From Acidobacteriota bacterium (GTDB lineage Bacteria; Acidobacteriota; UBA890; WLXD01), in contig CAXWPL010000002.1 in the NCBI GenBank assembly GCA_963666215.2, forward strand, positions 192,001 through 256,000: a stretch of 64,000 bases of DNA, given 5' to 3'. The position numbers and the translations under genes are program-made. Shown here piece by piece: positions 37,926-51,389 of the stretch. The notes under the pieces are model-generated. The model saw nothing but the letters and a program-made list of their open reading frames with translations, made no database searches and was not told where the DNA came from. Numbering within the stretch: position 1 is the stretch's first letter; the number at the start of each line of letters is the position of its first letter.

Positions 37926-38780
37926 GTGGGGCAAATCCGCAAGGTCGGGGTGGTCGGGGCCGGCACGATGGGAGCCGGAATCGTTCAGGTGGCGGCGGGG
38001 GCCGGCTACGAGGTGGTGGTGCGCGATGTCGAGCAGAGCTTCCTCGATCGCGGACTGGCCAGCGTCCAAAAAGGCCTCGACAAGTGGGTTGAGAAGGGGA
38101 TCGTCGATGCCGAGCGCGGCACGGCCATGCGATCGGCAGTACGCGGGACCACCGATCTCGAGGAGCTCTTCGACGCCGATCTGGTGATCGAGGCGATCAT
38201 CGAGGAGGAGGTCGCCAAGCGCGAGGTGTTCGCTGTTCTCGACCGTGGCTGTAGCGCGGGGACGATTCTGGCCTCCAACACCTCGTCCATCTCGATCACA
38301 CGACTCGCGGCATCGACGCGGCGCGCCGAGCGGGTTATTGGAATGCATTTCTTCAACCCGGTGCCGCTGATGAAACTGGTCGAGGTTGTCCGTGGCGAGT
38401 CCACATCCGACGAGGTCAACAACGCCGTTGTTGCCGTTGCCGAGGTCATGGGCAAGACCCCAGTAAGCGTCAACGACTACCCCGGATTCGTCTCCAACCG
38501 CGTCCTGATGCCGATGATCAACGAGGCCGTCTTCTGTTTGCAGGAGGGCGTTGCGACGGCCGAGGCGATCGACGAGGTGATGAGGCTCGGCATGGCCCAT
38601 CCGATGGGCCCGTTGGCACTGGCCGATCTGATTGGCCTCGACGTCTGCCTGGCGATCATGGAGGTTCTGCATACGGGCTACTCCGACTCCAAGTACCGCC
38701 CGTGCCCCCTGTTGCGCCGCAAGGTCGACGCGGGGTATACCGGGCGCAAGGCCGGCCGCGGCTTCTACGTTTACGAATGA
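37926..38780 (+). CDS. hbd: 3-hydroxybutyryl-CoA dehydrogenase
   Basis: GAGTMG, ASNTSS, GMHFFNPV and HPMGPL.LADLIGLD. Confidence 0.95.
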   Translation: MGQIRKVGVVGAGTMGAGIVQVAAGAGYEVVVRDVEQSFLDRGLASVQKGLDKWVEKGIVDAERGTAMRSAVRGTTDLEELFDADLVIEAIIEEEVAKREVFAVLDRGCSAGTILASNTSSISITRLAASTRRAERVIGMHFFNPVPLMKLVEVVRGESTSDEVNNAVVAVAEVMGKTPVSVNDYPGFVSNRVLMPMINEAVFCLQEGVATAEAIDEVMRLGMAHPMGPLALADLIGLDVCLAIMEVLHTGYSDSKYRPCPLLRRKVDAGYTGRKAGRGFYVYE

Positions 38781-40000
38781 GGAGGCTCGACGGCAGGCCC
38801 AGGTGGCGCGCCGGCACGAGCGGCGTGGCTGCTGTTTGGGGAGCCGCGCTAGCCACTCTCCTGTTCTTGCAGTCGCCAGCGGTGAGTGCGGCTGGACAGC
38901 AGACCGGCGGCGCCTCACGCGTCGGCAGCGATCTCGAGACTGAACGTGCCCGCGTTGCCACGCTCGAAGCCGAGCTCGAGCGTCTTGCCTCCGAACGACG
39001 TTCGATAGTCCGTGACATCGAGACCATCGACGTGCAGCTGACACTGCGTCGGCAGCAGCTCGCGGCTCTCGAGGGACGCGGAGCGACTCTGGAGACAGCC
39101 CGAAAGCAGCAGGTCGAGCATGTTGCAGCGCTGGAGGCGCAGTTCGGAACAGCACGGGAGGCGTTGAAGGGTCGCGTTGCGGCGCTGTATCGCATGGGGC
39201 CGCTCACCTACAACCGACTCCTGTTCGCGGCGGGGGAGGAGGGCAACGTCCTGACCGGGTACCAGATCGCAACCTACATGGCCGAACGCGATCGTTTGCT
39301 GGCGGAGCGTGCACGCGAAACACTTGCGCAGCTCGATGGCGCGCGTGAGTCACTCACCGAAACGGGCGCCGAGTTGAGCGACGTCCGCCAGCTGGCCGCC
39401 GAGGCCGCCGTGCGCCTCGAGGGACAGATCCAGGCACGCCGTCGGCTGCTAGCGAACATCGACGCAGAGGCCGACGCGCAGCGAGCAGCGCTCGAGGCCG
39501 CCGCTCGGTCGTCGACCGCGCTGGAGGCCACACTGACGCGTTTGTCGTACGCCGCGCCCGGCGTCAGCGGCGCGGCCTTCAACAGTCTGCAGGGCAATCT
39601 GCCGTGGCCGGCGATCGGCCGCGTGCTGCGTGGGTTTGGTCGCCAACGACACCCAATCTACAACACGTACACCCAGTCGACCGGCATCGAGATCGAGGCC
39701 GCCATAGGCGATCCCGTGGTTGCCGTCGCCACCGGAACGGTGGAGTTCGCCGATTGGCACCGCGGCTACGGCCTGCTCGTCATCGTCAACCACGGCGACG
39801 GCTACCGAACTCTTTACGGACACCTCAGCGCGGTCACGGCTCGTGTGCACGACCGTGTGCAGGCAAGCGAGGAGATCGCACGCGCCGGCGAAACGGGCTC
39901 GCTCAGCGGACCGAACCTCTACTTCGAGCTTCGCGAAGGCAACTTCGCCGTCAATCCTACAGCTTGGCTGAGCGAGGCAAACGCGGAACCACCCGACTGA
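38777..40000 (+). CDS. envC: Murein hydrolase activator EnvC-like (coiled coil plus degenerate M23 domain)
   Basis: Signal peptide, long coiled coil, LPWP, GYG.LVIV.H and LYFELR. HxxxD is replaced by STGIE. Confidence 0.8.
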   Translation: MRRLDGRPRWRAGTSGVAAVWGAALATLLFLQSPAVSAAGQQTGGASRVGSDLETERARVATLEAELERLASERRSIVRDIETIDVQLTLRRQQLAALEGRGATLETARKQQVEHVAALEAQFGTAREALKGRVAALYRMGPLTYNRLLFAAGEEGNVLTGYQIATYMAERDRLLAERARETLAQLDGARESLTETGAELSDVRQLAAEAAVRLEGQIQARRRLLANIDAEADAQRAALEAAARSSTALEATLTRLSYAAPGVSGAAFNSLQGNLPWPAIGRVLRGFGRQRHPIYNTYTQSTGIEIEAAIGDPVVAVATGTVEFADWHRGYGLLVIVNHGDGYRTLYGHLSAVTARVHDRVQASEEIARAGETGSLSGPNLYFELREGNFAVNPTAWLSEANAEPPD

Positions 40001-40057
40001 GACCCGCCGGCCACACCCGGGTCGTCGAGCCGCAGGGAAACCGCAGGCGATCGAAGA

Positions 40058-41644
<1,587 letters not shown>

Positions 41645-41815
41645 GAATACCGTGGCCTGCTTTGATTGCGGCGGCTGCCGGGAGGTAAGGCGGGGCGGGG
41701 ATGTTGTCGCCGGAAGTTCGGTCCAAAGGGCACACGTGTCCCAATGTACCTGTGTCAAGCTAACCCGAACAAAGTGCCGGGGCAAGCACGCTTTCGCGTG
41801 GCGTTGAGGAGAAAG

Positions 41816-43000
41816 ATGGTCAACCCGGACGCAAGCGAGCTGCGCGAGAGGCTTGTCGAACGGATTCGCGCTGACGGCCCGATTTCGTTTGCGGAGTACA
41901 TGCGCGCCGCCCTCTACGACCCCGAGCTCGGATACTACTGCGGTGGTGGTACGCCGTGGCCGAAGGGCGCCCAGGGTGGTGACTACACCACGATTCCGCA
42001 GGTGTCGCCGGCGCTTGGGTACGCAATCGGGCGGTTGGTCACCGAGGCCGACGAGCTCTTGGCGCGACCGACCCAGTTTGCTCTCGTTGAGGTCGGCAGC
42101 GGCGACGGCGCGCTACTCGCCTCCGTGCTGAGCTGGCTGGGTCGGCAGGCCCCAGAGCTGGTTTCGCGGCTCGAAGTCTGGAGCGTGGAGGCTGGTCGGT
42201 CGGCACGCCGCGCGCAGCGTCAACGTCCGGAATTCCGGCGGCGCTGGGGCAATGCAGAGGACGAAGCGCCCGCCTGCGGTGACCAGCGGGAAGGCGCCCC
42301 CATCAATCTCACATGGCTCGCCGACGTTGAACAGCTGCCACGGGGTTTCTGCGGGCTGGTGTACAGCAACGAGCTGCTCGATGCGATGCCCGTCCACCAG
42401 GTGCGCGCCACCGCGGCGCCGGCGATTCTGCAAGAGGTCTTCGTTGCCGAGCGGGCCGGCCGTCTGGAGTTCGACCATCGGCCGCCCGCGGTCGCCGTGT
42501 TGGATCACCTGCTCGCCAATGGCGTGAGCCTCGAGCCCGGACAGGTCACCGAAGTGTGTCTCCAGGTCGAGGTCTGGCTGCGCGCGGTGGTGGATCGCCT
42601 GACGAGGGGCTATGTGCTCACGATCGATTATGGGCACGAGACTCGAACGCTGCACGGCGCATCACGATCGCTCGGGACGCTCGTATGCCAGTCGAAGTAT
42701 CGGCTCAACGACGAGCCGTTGCGGTGTCCTGGGAAGCAGGACATCACCGCTCACGTCGACTTCGGCAACCTACGCCGCTGCGGACTGGCTCTCGGAATGG
42801 CCGACCTCGGGTTCTGCAGCCTGCGGGTGTTCCTCACCGGGCTCGCGTTAGTGAACGAGGCCATGGAGGCGGCAACCGACCGGGAACGCTTGGCGATTCG
42901 ACACGCCTTCGTGTCGGAGATCGGCGACGCGCACAAGGCGATGCTGCAATCGCTCGATGCACCGACTCTGCGATTTGGTCGAGCGCGGCTGGAGCGCTGA
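41816..43000 (+). CDS. MidA/NDUFAF7-family SAM-dependent methyltransferase
   Basis: [32 protein letters not shown] and QDITAHVDF. Confidence 0.92.
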   Translation: MVNPDASELRERLVERIRADGPISFAEYMRAALYDPELGYYCGGGTPWPKGAQGGDYTTIPQVSPALGYAIGRLVTEADELLARPTQFALVEVGSGDGALLASVLSWLGRQAPELVSRLEVWSVEAGRSARRAQRQRPEFRRRWGNAEDEAPACGDQREGAPINLTWLADVEQLPRGFCGLVYSNELLDAMPVHQVRATAAPAILQEVFVAERAGRLEFDHRPPAVAVLDHLLANGVSLEPGQVTEVCLQVEVWLRAVVDRLTRGYVLTIDYGHETRTLHGASRSLGTLVCQSKYRLNDEPLRCPGKQDITAHVDFGNLRRCGLALGMADLGFCSLRVFLTGLALVNEAMEAATDRERLAIRHAFVSEIGDAHKAMLQSLDAPTLRFGRARLER

Positions 43001-43155
43001 GTTGGCTGGTCCCGCGCCGACGCCCTCGCACCAGGTCGGTCGCCCGGTCCGCTAAGATGGCGAGGCTCGCGAGGCACTCAGAGGTGCCGGTGAAGACCGT
43101 TGGCGCGCGAGCGTGTGGGCAAATCCCAGATCGATCGAATCAATTCGAGGGCACG

Positions 43156-44958
43156 ATGAGACCAGCGTCGAGTTCAATGGCTGTGGCAGGGCGACGGGGT
43201 CGGTCGAGCACCTTCCCAGCGTGGCATGGCGCCGCTCGTGCGGCGGTGGTCGGAGCGATTGGGCCGGTGACGGCGATGGCGGTTGCCTGCGCTCCCGTCG
43301 CGACGACGACAGTCGCCGATGGACCGATGGTCGACGTCGGGCGCCTGGCGATCGGAGCCGAAGCGGCCGTGGTGAGCGTCGACGGTCACGCGACCCAGGT
43401 CGGTATCGACGTGATGCGAGCTGGCGGCAACGCGATTGATGCGGCGATCGCCGTGGGCTTTGCCCTGGCGGTTACGCATCCACAGGCGGGAAACATCGGA
43501 GGTGGTGGCTTCATGGTGCTTCACCTCGCCGACGAGAACCGCTACACGACGCTCGATTTTCGCGAGATGGCCCCGGGAGCATCTGATCCGCAGATGTACC
43601 TCGGCGAGGATGGTCGCCCGGTGCGCGGCCTCAACTACGTCGGATGGCAGGCGCCGGGCGTGCCGGGCACCGTTGCGGGGTTCGCTAAGGCACACGCGCA
43701 GTGGGGCAAGCTGTCGTGGGCGAGGTTGCTGCGACCGGCGATCCGGCTTGCGGAGGAGGGGTTCCTCGTCAATCCGTACCTGGCAGCGTCTTTCGCGCGC
43801 GTCGCCCAGACATTCCAACGGTTCGAGGGCTCGGCAGCTGCGTTCCTGCGTGACGGCAGGCCCTATCAGGCCGGCGACATGCTCGTGCAGCCAGATCTTG
43901 CCTGGTCGCTACGTCAGATCGCCGAGCATGGCCCGAGTGCCTTCTACGAAGGTGAGATTGCCGACAGGATCGTGGCGGCCATGGAGGCCAACGACGGGCT
44001 GATCACCAAGGAGGACCTGGCAGCCTATGTGGCGCACGAGCGCGAGCCGATTCGCGGCACGTATCGTGGCTATGAGGTGATCTCGATGCCGCCGCCGTCG
44101 TCGGGCGGCACGATTCTCGTCGAGATGCTCAACATGCTCGAGACATTCGACTTCACGGGCTTGGAGCCCGAATCGCCGGAGGTTGTCCACCTTCTTGCCG
44201 AGACCATGCGGCAAGCGTATCTCGACCGTGCCACGCACCTTGGCGACGCTGACTTTGCCGACGTCCCGGTGGAGCGACTCACCTCGAAGACATATGGCCG
44301 CGAGCTCGCGTCAAGTGTGCCGCGAGATCACGCCCGTGCCAGCGCCGACCTGGGCGAGATGATATTGGTGGCCGCCGAGTCGCCAGAGACCACGCACTAT
44401 TCGGTCGTAGACGGGAGCGGCAATGCCGTCTCGCTGACCTACACGATCGAAGCCGGGTTTGGCGCCAAGGTCGTGGCGCCCGGGACCGGATTCTTGCTCA
44501 ACAACGAGATGGGCGACTTCAACGCCTGGCCTGGCGTTACGGACGAGCGTGGCTACATCGGCACCGACGCCAACCTTATCGAGCCCCGCAAGCGACCGCT
44601 GTCGTCGATGACGCCAACGATCTTGGCTCGCGAGGGTCGGCCAGTGGCGCTGATCGGCAGCACCGGCGGCAAGACGATCATCAATACTGTGCTGCGCGTG
44701 ATCGTTGGCTTGGTCGATTTCGAGCAGGGGCTGGTGGACGCCGTTGCCACGGCGCGAGTTCACCATCAGTGGATGCCCGACCGGCTGAGCTTGGAGCCGA
44801 CGTTCGACCCTGCAACCGTAGAGCGCCTACGGCAAATGGGGCACGAGCTGGGACGGTCGAGGCTGCAGGGCGACGCACACTGCATCTACATCTACGACGA
44901 TGGGGCGAGGCTGGCGGTCGCCGACGCACGTCGTGCCGGGTCGGCTGCTGCCTACTGA
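43156..44958 (+). CDS. ggt: Gamma-glutamyltransferase
   Basis: GGNAIDAA, GGGGF, DFRE.AP, catalytic ETTHYSVVD and LSSMTP. Start approximate. Confidence 0.95.
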   Translation: MRPASSSMAVAGRRGRSSTFPAWHGAARAAVVGAIGPVTAMAVACAPVATTTVADGPMVDVGRLAIGAEAAVVSVDGHATQVGIDVMRAGGNAIDAAIAVGFALAVTHPQAGNIGGGGFMVLHLADENRYTTLDFREMAPGASDPQMYLGEDGRPVRGLNYVGWQAPGVPGTVAGFAKAHAQWGKLSWARLLRPAIRLAEEGFLVNPYLAASFARVAQTFQRFEGSAAAFLRDGRPYQAGDMLVQPDLAWSLRQIAEHGPSAFYEGEIADRIVAAMEANDGLITKEDLAAYVAHEREPIRGTYRGYEVISMPPPSSGGTILVEMLNMLETFDFTGLEPESPEVVHLLAETMRQAYLDRATHLGDADFADVPVERLTSKTYGRELASSVPRDHARASADLGEMILVAAESPETTHYSVVDGSGNAVSLTYTIEAGFGAKVVAPGTGFLLNNEMGDFNAWPGVTDERGYIGTDANLIEPRKRPLSSMTPTILAREGRPVALIGSTGGKTIINTVLRVIVGLVDFEQGLVDAVATARVHHQWMPDRLSLEPTFDPATVERLRQMGHELGRSRLQGDAHCIYIYDDGARLAVADARRAGSAAAY

Positions 44959-45340
44959 GCCGTCCCGAGCGGCCGGCCAGTTATCGAAGAGCCCACCAGC
45001 TTCTGCGGGGCCCTGACTCCGCGCCAGGCCCCGCCGCTGTCCGCCATGCGCTGGCGGCTCAAATGAGCTCGCTGCGCTAGAGGTGTTGCGCAGCAGAACA
45101 AAATGCGGGCCGGCCAGCGCAGCCCTCGACCGACGGCGGGAGGCAGCCATCGGCCCCGGCCGGCCCGACTATCGTGCCGTCACGTCAACCTCGCGTCATT
45201 CGCGCCACCTGCCAGCAGCGCGGAGAGCGAGGCCGCCGCCCACCCCTGTGCGGCCTGCTCCCCGCGTTGCGTGGCAACTTGCGCGGCATTGGTGGAGGTC
45301 AAGAACATGGTCACTGGATCTTCTACCTACGGGGTGGAGG

Positions 45341-48199
45341 TCACGAGCAGCCGGAGGTGCTGCCGCAGTTGATGCACTTGTGGCAGCTGCCGTTGGTGAC
45401 CATCAGCGAGCCGCATACCGAGCACAGGGGCGCGTCGAGCTGCGGCACGAAACCGATGTCGGGGCCAGTCGCCGACGCGGTATCGGTCGCTGCCGATTCG
45501 GAGTCACTCTGGCCAGCCGCCAGCGCAGTCAGCTGCTCGGCGGCAGCGTTGTCGGCACGGGTTTCGCCTCCGATCCCACACTCGGCACGCTCCGCCGGGG
45601 TAAGGAAGCGCAGCGCTAGCCAACGGAAGATGTAGTCGGTCAGCGACTTGGCGTACGGAATTTCGGGGTTGCCAGTCCACCCCGCCGGCTCGAAGCGGGC
45701 GTTGGTGCATTTCTGTACGAGAAATCTCAGCGGCACGCCGTACTGCAGCGCAAACGACGTCATGCTGGCGAACGAGTCCATCAGGCCGGAGATCGTCGAG
45801 CCCTCCTTGGCCATCGTGATGAAGACCTCGCCCGGTGTTCCGTCTTCGTACAGCCCGACCGTCGCGTAACCCTTGTGCCCGCCAACCGTGAACTTGTGAG
45901 TTAGAGACTGCCGTTCGTCCGGCAGTGGTCGACGTACGGGGCCAGTGACCGCCGCGGTCGTCGAGATGGTCTCCGCGGTGCCCTCGGTGCGTGCGCTCGT
46001 CGTTGCCATGGGCTGGCTACGCTTGCTGCCGTCGCGATAAATCGCAACCGCCTTGAGGTCGAGCTCCCAAGCCTGCAAGTAGGCATTGGCGATCTCCTCA
46101 ACCGTCGCCTCCGTGGGCATGTTGATTGTTTTGGAGATCGCCCCCGAGATGAACGGTTGCGTGGCAGCGAGCATCTTGAGGTGCCCTGTGTGATGCACCG
46201 CGCGCGTGCCATTCATCGCTCGGAACGCACAGTCGAACACCGCGAGATGCTCCTCGCGGAGGTTCGGTGCGCCCTCGATCGTTCCGGTCTCGTCGATGTG
46301 GGCGACGATCTCGTCGATCTCGTCGCCGCGGTAGCCGAGCTTGCGCAATGCCACCGGGACCGTCTGGTTGACGATTCTGAGCGTGCCGCCTCCCACGAGG
46401 CGCTTGTGCTTGACCAGCGCCAGGTCGGGTTCTACGCCCGTTGTGTCGCAATCCATCATGAAGCTGATGGTGCCTGTCGGGGCGAGGACGGTCGCCTGGC
46501 TGTTGCGGTAGCCGTGCTCTTCGCCGAGCTCGACGGCCTTGTCCCATACGCGCCGGGAGGCCCTTGCCAGAGGCTTGTCGAAGCTCTCCGAGAGCTCCTC
46601 GGCCGCATTTCGATGCATGCGCATGACGCCGAGCATCGACTCCTCATTCTCGGCGTAGCCATCGAAAGGACCCATCTCGCGGGCAATAATCGCCGACTGA
46701 CAGTAAGCCTCGCCGGTCATGATCGCCGTGAGCGCAGCGGCGTAGGAGCGCCCCTCGTCGGAGTCGTAGGGCAAGCCCTGGTACATCAGGAGCGCGCCCA
46801 AATTGGCGTAGCCCAGGCCTAGTGGTCTGTAGGCATGCGAGTTGGCGGTGATGTTCTCGGTGGGGTAGTCGGCATAACCGACCACAATCTCCATGGCCGT
46901 GAAGACCACCGACACTGCTCGCCGGTAGCTCTGGATGTCGAAGCTGTCGTCGTCCTGCAGAAACTTCAGCAGATTGAGCGACGCCAGGTTGCAGGCGGTC
47001 TCGTCGAGGAACATGTACTCCGAGCACGGATTCGACCCGTAAATCCGGCCGCTCGCCTTGCACGTATGCCATTTGTTGATGGTGTCGTCGAACTGCATAC
47101 CCGGATCGCCGCACTCGTAGGTCTCGTGGGCGATCTTGTGGAGAAGGTCGCGCGCCTTGTAGGAGGCCGTCGGCTTGCCATCAACGCGGCCGATCGTTTG
47201 CCACGTGTCGTCGGCCCGTGATGCCTCCATGAATGCGTCGGAGACGCGAACGCTGTGGTTCGCATTCTGGAAGAACACCGACGCGTAGGCCTCACCATCG
47301 AGCGCGGCGTCGTAGCCGGCGTTGATCAGGGCCCAGGCTTTGCGTTCCTCGTTGCCCTTGCATTCGATGAAGTCGAAGATGTCGGGGTGATCGACGTCGA
47401 GGATGATCATCTTGGCGGCACGCCGCGTCTTGCCGCCGCTCTTGATGACGCCAGCGAACGCGTCGAAGCCGCGCATGAACGACACCGGTCCCGATGCCAT
47501 ACCGCCGCTCGAGAGCGATTCCTTCGAGCCGCGCAGGCGCGACAGGTTGACGCCTGCTCCGGAGCCCCACTTGAAGATCAGCCCCTCGGTCTTGGCCAGA
47601 TCGAGGATCGACTCCATGTCGTCGCTGACATGGTTGATGTAGCAGGCGGAGGCCTGCTGGCGCTCCCCGGCGACACCGATGTTGAACCAGACGGGCGAGT
47701 TGAAGGCCACCATCTGGTGCAGCAGCAGGTGGGTCAGCTCGTCGGAGAAGATCTCGGCGGACTCGCTACCGGCGAAGTAGCCGCCGTCGATGCCCCACTG
47801 CGTGATGCGGCCGACCACGCGGCCGATGAGCTGCTTGAGGCTCGCCTCGCGACGCTCGGTGCCGAGCTGACCGTGGAAGTACTTGGAGGCAACGATGTTG
47901 ACCGCGCGTCGCGACCAGCTCGAGGGGAACTCGACATCCGGCTGGGCGAACACGATCTCGCCGTCGATTCCGCTGATCTCCGCATCGTAGTGCTGCCACT
48001 CGACGGTATCGTAGGGGTGCACACCTGCGGTGGTGAAATAGCGACGGAAAACGAGGCCGCTGGTGCTGTCGGCGACCTGGTCTTCGACAATCGCTGCGGC
48101 ATCGCCGCCCAGGCTCGGGGCGTCGGCTCGACGTGCTGAACCGGCGGCGGTTTGAGCACGAGAACCGGGAGGAAGGTCCTTGCTCTTCTCAGGGGCCAT
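45341..48199 (-). CDS. nrdJ: Vitamin B12-dependent class II ribonucleotide reductase with C-terminal TSCPD and zinc-ribbon domains
   Basis: FNSPVWFN, QASAC, SNPCSE, APTGTI, ISKTIN and YRDGSK. C-terminal CxxC..CxxC. Confidence 0.96.
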   Translation of the reverse strand: MAPEKSKDLPPGSRAQTAAGSARRADAPSLGGDAAAIVEDQVADSTSGLVFRRYFTTAGVHPYDTVEWQHYDAEISGIDGEIVFAQPDVEFPSSWSRRAVNIVASKYFHGQLGTERREASLKQLIGRVVGRITQWGIDGGYFAGSESAEIFSDELTHLLLHQMVAFNSPVWFNIGVAGERQQASACYINHVSDDMESILDLAKTEGLIFKWGSGAGVNLSRLRGSKESLSSGGMASGPVSFMRGFDAFAGVIKSGGKTRRAAKMIILDVDHPDIFDFIECKGNEERKAWALINAGYDAALDGEAYASVFFQNANHSVRVSDAFMEASRADDTWQTIGRVDGKPTASYKARDLLHKIAHETYECGDPGMQFDDTINKWHTCKASGRIYGSNPCSEYMFLDETACNLASLNLLKFLQDDDSFDIQSYRRAVSVVFTAMEIVVGYADYPTENITANSHAYRPLGLGYANLGALLMYQGLPYDSDEGRSYAAALTAIMTGEAYCQSAIIAREMGPFDGYAENEESMLGVMRMHRNAAEELSESFDKPLARASRRVWDKAVELGEEHGYRNSQATVLAPTGTISFMMDCDTTGVEPDLALVKHKRLVGGGTLRIVNQTVPVALRKLGYRGDEIDEIVAHIDETGTIEGAPNLREEHLAVFDCAFRAMNGTRAVHHTGHLKMLAATQPFISGAISKTINMPTEATVEEIANAYLQAWELDLKAVAIYRDGSKRSQPMATTSARTEGTAETISTTAAVTGPVRRPLPDERQSLTHKFTVGGHKGYATVGLYEDGTPGEVFITMAKEGSTISGLMDSFASMTSFALQYGVPLRFLVQKCTNARFEPAGWTGNPEIPYAKSLTDYIFRWLALRFLTPAERAECGIGGETRADNAAAEQLTALAAGQSDSESAATDTASATGPDIGFVPQLDAPLCSVCGSLMVTNGSCHKCINCGSTSGCS

Positions 48200-48321
48200 G
48201 AAAACTCCGCGAGGGTAGACTGGCGGAAGGGGACGACATGAGGGGCACATCAACAGGCGCTGGCGCGCGAAGCTCTACATAAGCCTGAGCCGGGGAGCGC
48301 CAGGCGTCGCCAGCGCCCCTT

Positions 48322-48350
48322 CTTGTACTTGTCGGGCCTCGCAAAGTCAA
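48322..48350 (-). promoter_or_regulatory. Putative nrdJ promoter
   Basis: TTGACT-N17-TACAAG on the minus strand. Confidence 0.4.
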
Positions 48351-48358
48351 GGTTCGAC

Positions 48359-48405
48359 CCCCAAGATGTTGGGGGCCTCCGCGCGCCAGGTACCAGGTAT
48401 TGTGG
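48359..48405. promoter_or_regulatory. Tandem NrdR boxes upstream of nrdJ
   Basis: CCCCAACATCTTGGGG (48359-48374) and CCACAATACCTGGTAC (48390-48405), read on the minus strand, 31 bp apart, resembling acaCwAtATaTwGtg. Confidence 0.75.
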
Positions 48406-48673
48406 AAATTGTGTGGAAAAGCAGCCTTCGGTTCACGTTCCGCACGGCCACCGTCCACCGCCGGAGCCTGTTCACCGCCACGCAAGCACCCGGTGCACAT
48501 TCAGGGAAAGGTTCCGTTCGCTGCCTGGCCGCACCGAACTTGCCGACCGAGAGGGATTCGGCCTTTGGGGCCGCGCGCCAGAAATAGCCGCCAAGCTCGC
48601 CGACGACGCGCAGGGCGGGGCTGCAGGCTCGAGACCCTCGGGCTGTCGATCGGGTCTGGTGGCTAGCCCGTGG

Positions 48674-49855
<1,182 letters not shown>

Positions 49856-49985
49856 TGCGCGGGGTTGGGAGGTGTGGGCGCGCTTGCCACCGGTACCCAC
49901 GAGTAGGGCCGGCAGTGAGGAAGTGACGAAACGTAGCACGCCCGCGCCCGCTGGCCAATCACATCTCCGACGATGAGGTAGTGCG

Positions 49986-50867
49986 TCAGTTTGAAATTCC
50001 CCGCTTCTTGTAGGGTCCGCGAGGTCCAGGCTTCGGTGCCTTCTCATCGATCAGCTCGACGATCCACTCCATATCGTGCAGCGTGTTGCTAACCCCGGCT
50101 TCCATCGCTGGTGTTACGCGCAGCGTCTTGTGGATTCGGCAGAAGTTGTAGTGCGCGAAGTACAGATCCAGCATGTAGCAGTGGTTCGCGAGCTTCTTGG
50201 AGAATGCGTTGGTCAGCCGTGTGAACCGGCGTATGCTCATGCGCATCGTGAGGTTTTGCCGCTCGACGTAGGACGTACTGATTAGCTCGGGATCGGGGGA
50301 GCCTACCACCGCCAGCCGCCTGGAACCCTGGCATCTTGCAGGACTGTAGCGCCTCTGGGGCTCCGGGTCGGCGCCGTAGATCTTCTGTAGCATGGCGTAG
50401 TCGATCTGGTGCGCGAACGCATCCTCGACCGCCTCCAGGTACATCCGGTGCCCGTCGGTCGTTAGCTGGATGCGGTTGCTCAGCCGACTCGCCAGATCCT
50501 GCATGAACTCGGTAGCCGTGCCCGAATCGCGCGGACCAACACGGAAGCTCGGCACCAGCTTTGTCTCGGCGCAGATCGCCGTGAACGTCCACACATCGCC
50601 ATAGCCGAACTGGCCGCGCTTGTCAGCGGGGACGTTCTTCTGCTTCGAGTAGCAGAACGACCAGATCTCGTCAGCCTCGATCCGCTTGCACGGAAGGTCA
50701 CGCAGCGTCTCGTCCTGGTAGGCGGCGCAAGCTCGCCCAGCATCCACCAGTAGCTTCGAGACGGTGTTAAACGATACGCCGGTGACACGAGCGATTGCCC
50801 GCATCGACATGCCCTCGACGAGCATCGAGAGGATCTGTGCTCGCTTGGCAGTAGGTAGCTTGTTCAT
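49986..50867 (-). CDS. IS1-family DDE transposase (HTH plus catalytic domain)
   Basis: EGMSMRAIARVTGV, DEIWSF, TTDG and TSYVERQNLTMRM..RRFTRLTNAFSKK. Stop codon lies inside the IR. Confidence 0.95.
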   Translation of the reverse strand: MNKLPTAKRAQILSMLVEGMSMRAIARVTGVSFNTVSKLLVDAGRACAAYQDETLRDLPCKRIEADEIWSFCYSKQKNVPADKRGQFGYGDVWTFTAICAETKLVPSFRVGPRDSGTATEFMQDLASRLSNRIQLTTDGHRMYLEAVEDAFAHQIDYAMLQKIYGADPEPQRRYSPARCQGSRRLAVVGSPDPELISTSYVERQNLTMRMSIRRFTRLTNAFSKKLANHCYMLDLYFAHYNFCRIHKTLRVTPAMEAGVSNTLHDMEWIVELIDEKAPKPGPRGPYKKRGISN

Positions 50868-50874
50868 ACACAGA

Positions 50875-50903
50875 AGGATACTGAACTATCCCTCTATTGT
50901 CAA
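50875..50903 (-). promoter_or_regulatory. Internal transposase promoter, probably leaderless
   Basis: TTGACA-N17-TATCCT ending 7 nt before the ATG. No Shine-Dalgarno. Confidence 0.7.
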
Positions 50904-50906
50904 GCA

Positions 50907-51389
50907 TTAGTTCAACTTCCTTCGGGAACTCTGATTAGGCTCTCCGTGTGGCCTGGACAAGTAGCAAATCACCGTACCATAAAGGGGACCAGCTACGGCC
51001 TCAACGGAAGAATGTGTCACGTCTTCGCACTTTCCAAGCTTGCTCGTCCACTCACCGGATTCAAGTTGCAGGGCGGCGTGGGTCGGAGTCTCGTGCCCAA
51101 CTTCACCCTTCCCGAATAGCGCTATTTTTTCTGTTCCTGTCTCAACGCTCCCGTCAGCACAGGGTGTGAAACCCAACGTGCCATATGCACGCAAAAAGGC
51201 TTGCCTCGTTACAGCACGCTCGACGCCTGGGGGCCAGTATCCGACCATCATCGAGTCGGGCCACCAAGCGCGGAAATCCTCACCAGCGGCCCAAGCAATG
51301 CAATTGTACCGCTGCGTCGACGGGCTCGTAATTTCGGTGTTTTCGTCCGTTAGTCCCGGCAGTTCATGTAGAGACCAACTACCAGACAT
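50907..51389 (-). CDS. Passenger ORF4: papain/NlpC-like Cys-His protein (resembles DUF7689 as I recall it)
   Basis: YNCIAWA, WWP..YWP, THAA and WTSKLG..D..H. ATG 51389 overlaps the end of ORF3. Confidence 0.8.
   Translation of the reverse strand: MSGSWSLHELPGLTDENTEITSPSTQRYNCIAWAAGEDFRAWWPDSMMVGYWPPGVERAVTRQAFLRAYGTLGFTPCADGSVETGTEKIALFGKGEVGHETPTHAALQLESGEWTSKLGKCEDVTHSSVEAVAGPLYGTVICYLSRPHGEPNQSSRRKLN

Noticed and set aside
39660-39930. Lost zinc ligands in the M23 domain
   Set aside because: Expected for EnvC-type activators, so not novel.
44960-45340. Hairpins and an 11-bp direct repeat (GGTGGAGGTCA) in the convergent ggt-nrdJ gap
   Set aside because: Not distinguishable from chance in GC-rich DNA and no second copy elsewhere in the window.
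45341-45350. Selenocysteine read-through at the nrdJ TGA after GCS
   Set aside because: xGCS is a normal NrdJ C-terminus and there is no SECIS or coding continuation.
48200-48670. Cobalamin riboswitch upstream of nrdJ
   Set aside because: No B12-box or GGGAA core in the right arrangement. NrdR boxes explain the region.
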